64,000 nt of DNA. It comes from the human T2T-CHM13v2.0 reference genome, Homo sapiens. Position numbers and translations under genes: made by a program. The stretch lies in assembly GCF_009914755.1 (NCBI RefSeq), contig NC_060929.1; one strand, given 5' to 3'. This document shows, piece by piece, positions 63,022 to 64,000 of the stretch (within the stretch, counting starts at the first letter, position 1; the number at the start of each line of letters is the position of its first letter). The notes under the pieces are model-generated. The model made no database searches. It saw only the letters and a list, made by a program, of their open reading frames with translations, and was not told where the DNA came from.

Positions 63022-64000
63022 TAATAGAGTCAAAAACAGAGCTTTAATAGAACATCTACAGTCTGAGGCAGAAGGCAGCATAAGCAGGAAAGGACCATGA
63101 AGGAGGTCAGCAGGCCAAGGGAGTACAATGTTTCCAAGGCCAGGACAGGAACTTAAAAGACAATGTCATCAGAGTCAAACACTGCAGTCATGTAGGGAAC
63201 TGGGGCTGCACACGACGTAAGGACTTCTGGGAGGGAAATGTCCACAGTGTGTGGGGAGTAGAAGTCATGTTACAAGAAGAAATGGTAGAGAAAACAAGTA
63301 TAGACTCTTTAAATATACTTGGCAGTACAGGAAGAACAAGACAGCCGCTTGACTACGAAGGAAGTGCCTCAGGTTAAGGGAGACAGAAGGATGTCTTCAA
63401 AAACAGACATAGCAGAATAGACTTGGGAAAGGCAACCATGGAAGAGGGAAGGCCCATGGAACGGGACTCCAAACAAGGCAATCAAGAGCCCAGAGACCCA
63501 GATTCTGTATGAAGGAAACGGGAGCCCAGAGAGAAACAACAGGAGGCTGAGTAGAAGGAAGCTGAGGGAGTTCTTGTCGCTGTCCTGGATCCCACTGGAC
63601 TAGGGAAAAGGTCGTCACTGGGAGTCAAGAATGATACAAAAAACTTAAAGGGATGAAAACCTGTTCACGCAGAGAACAATGATATAGGAACCAAAAAGAG
63701 TTAAATAGCATACTGCTGGGCGGGACAAAGCATCACCAGTGGTTTTCACGGTCCGTTAAGCACAGTTTGCTGTTTGGTTTGAATAATCCATAACAATATT
63801 CATTTGTCCCAGAGGAAAAAAAAGATACTCAGGGTTGAAGAACAGCGGCCAAAGCCTTTAGAATAGCGGCAAGGACATGAATAAACTGACCAATTATACA
63901 GGTCTTCCTTGAAAAGAAGTGAAGGCAGGGAAGAACAGACTGGGTGAAAAGCCAGGGTAGACAGCATGGAGATGTGGAAATGTTCTGGAACAGACTGTGG

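Overview
Primate (almost certainly human) genomic DNA, very Alu-dense (roughly 55-60 Alu/FLAM copies counted by eye). The right 25 kb carries the 3' part of MTMR12 (myotubularin-related protein 12, a pseudophosphatase) on the minus strand: eight GT-AG coding exons (60582 down to the stop at 41468; 1455 nt, 484 codons plus stop) and a ~2.8 kb 3' UTR. The left ~38 kb is intergenic; from memory GOLPH3 lies beyond the left edge on 5p13.3, which is not visible here. Other features: a 5'-truncated SVA with a 14-bp TSD whose first bases match the MAST2 exon 1 splice junction that defines human-specific SVA_F1; a processed RPL27 pseudogene; an intronic U6 retrocopy; an HSMAR2 mariner with both ends, interrupted by three Alus; a young, internally deleted AluYa5-like insertion; and two tiny TSD-flanked retroposons (~70 bp L1PA tail, 42-nt LTR-like fragment with an A-tail). 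The MTMR12 3' UTR holds a perfect 60-bp AT palindrome. I found no evidence of a novel multi-gene system; the most interesting items are retrotransposition signatures and possible RNA-processing elements in MTMR12. Repeat subfamily names and most repeat boundaries are by-eye estimates; exon and TSD coordinates were counted base by base.
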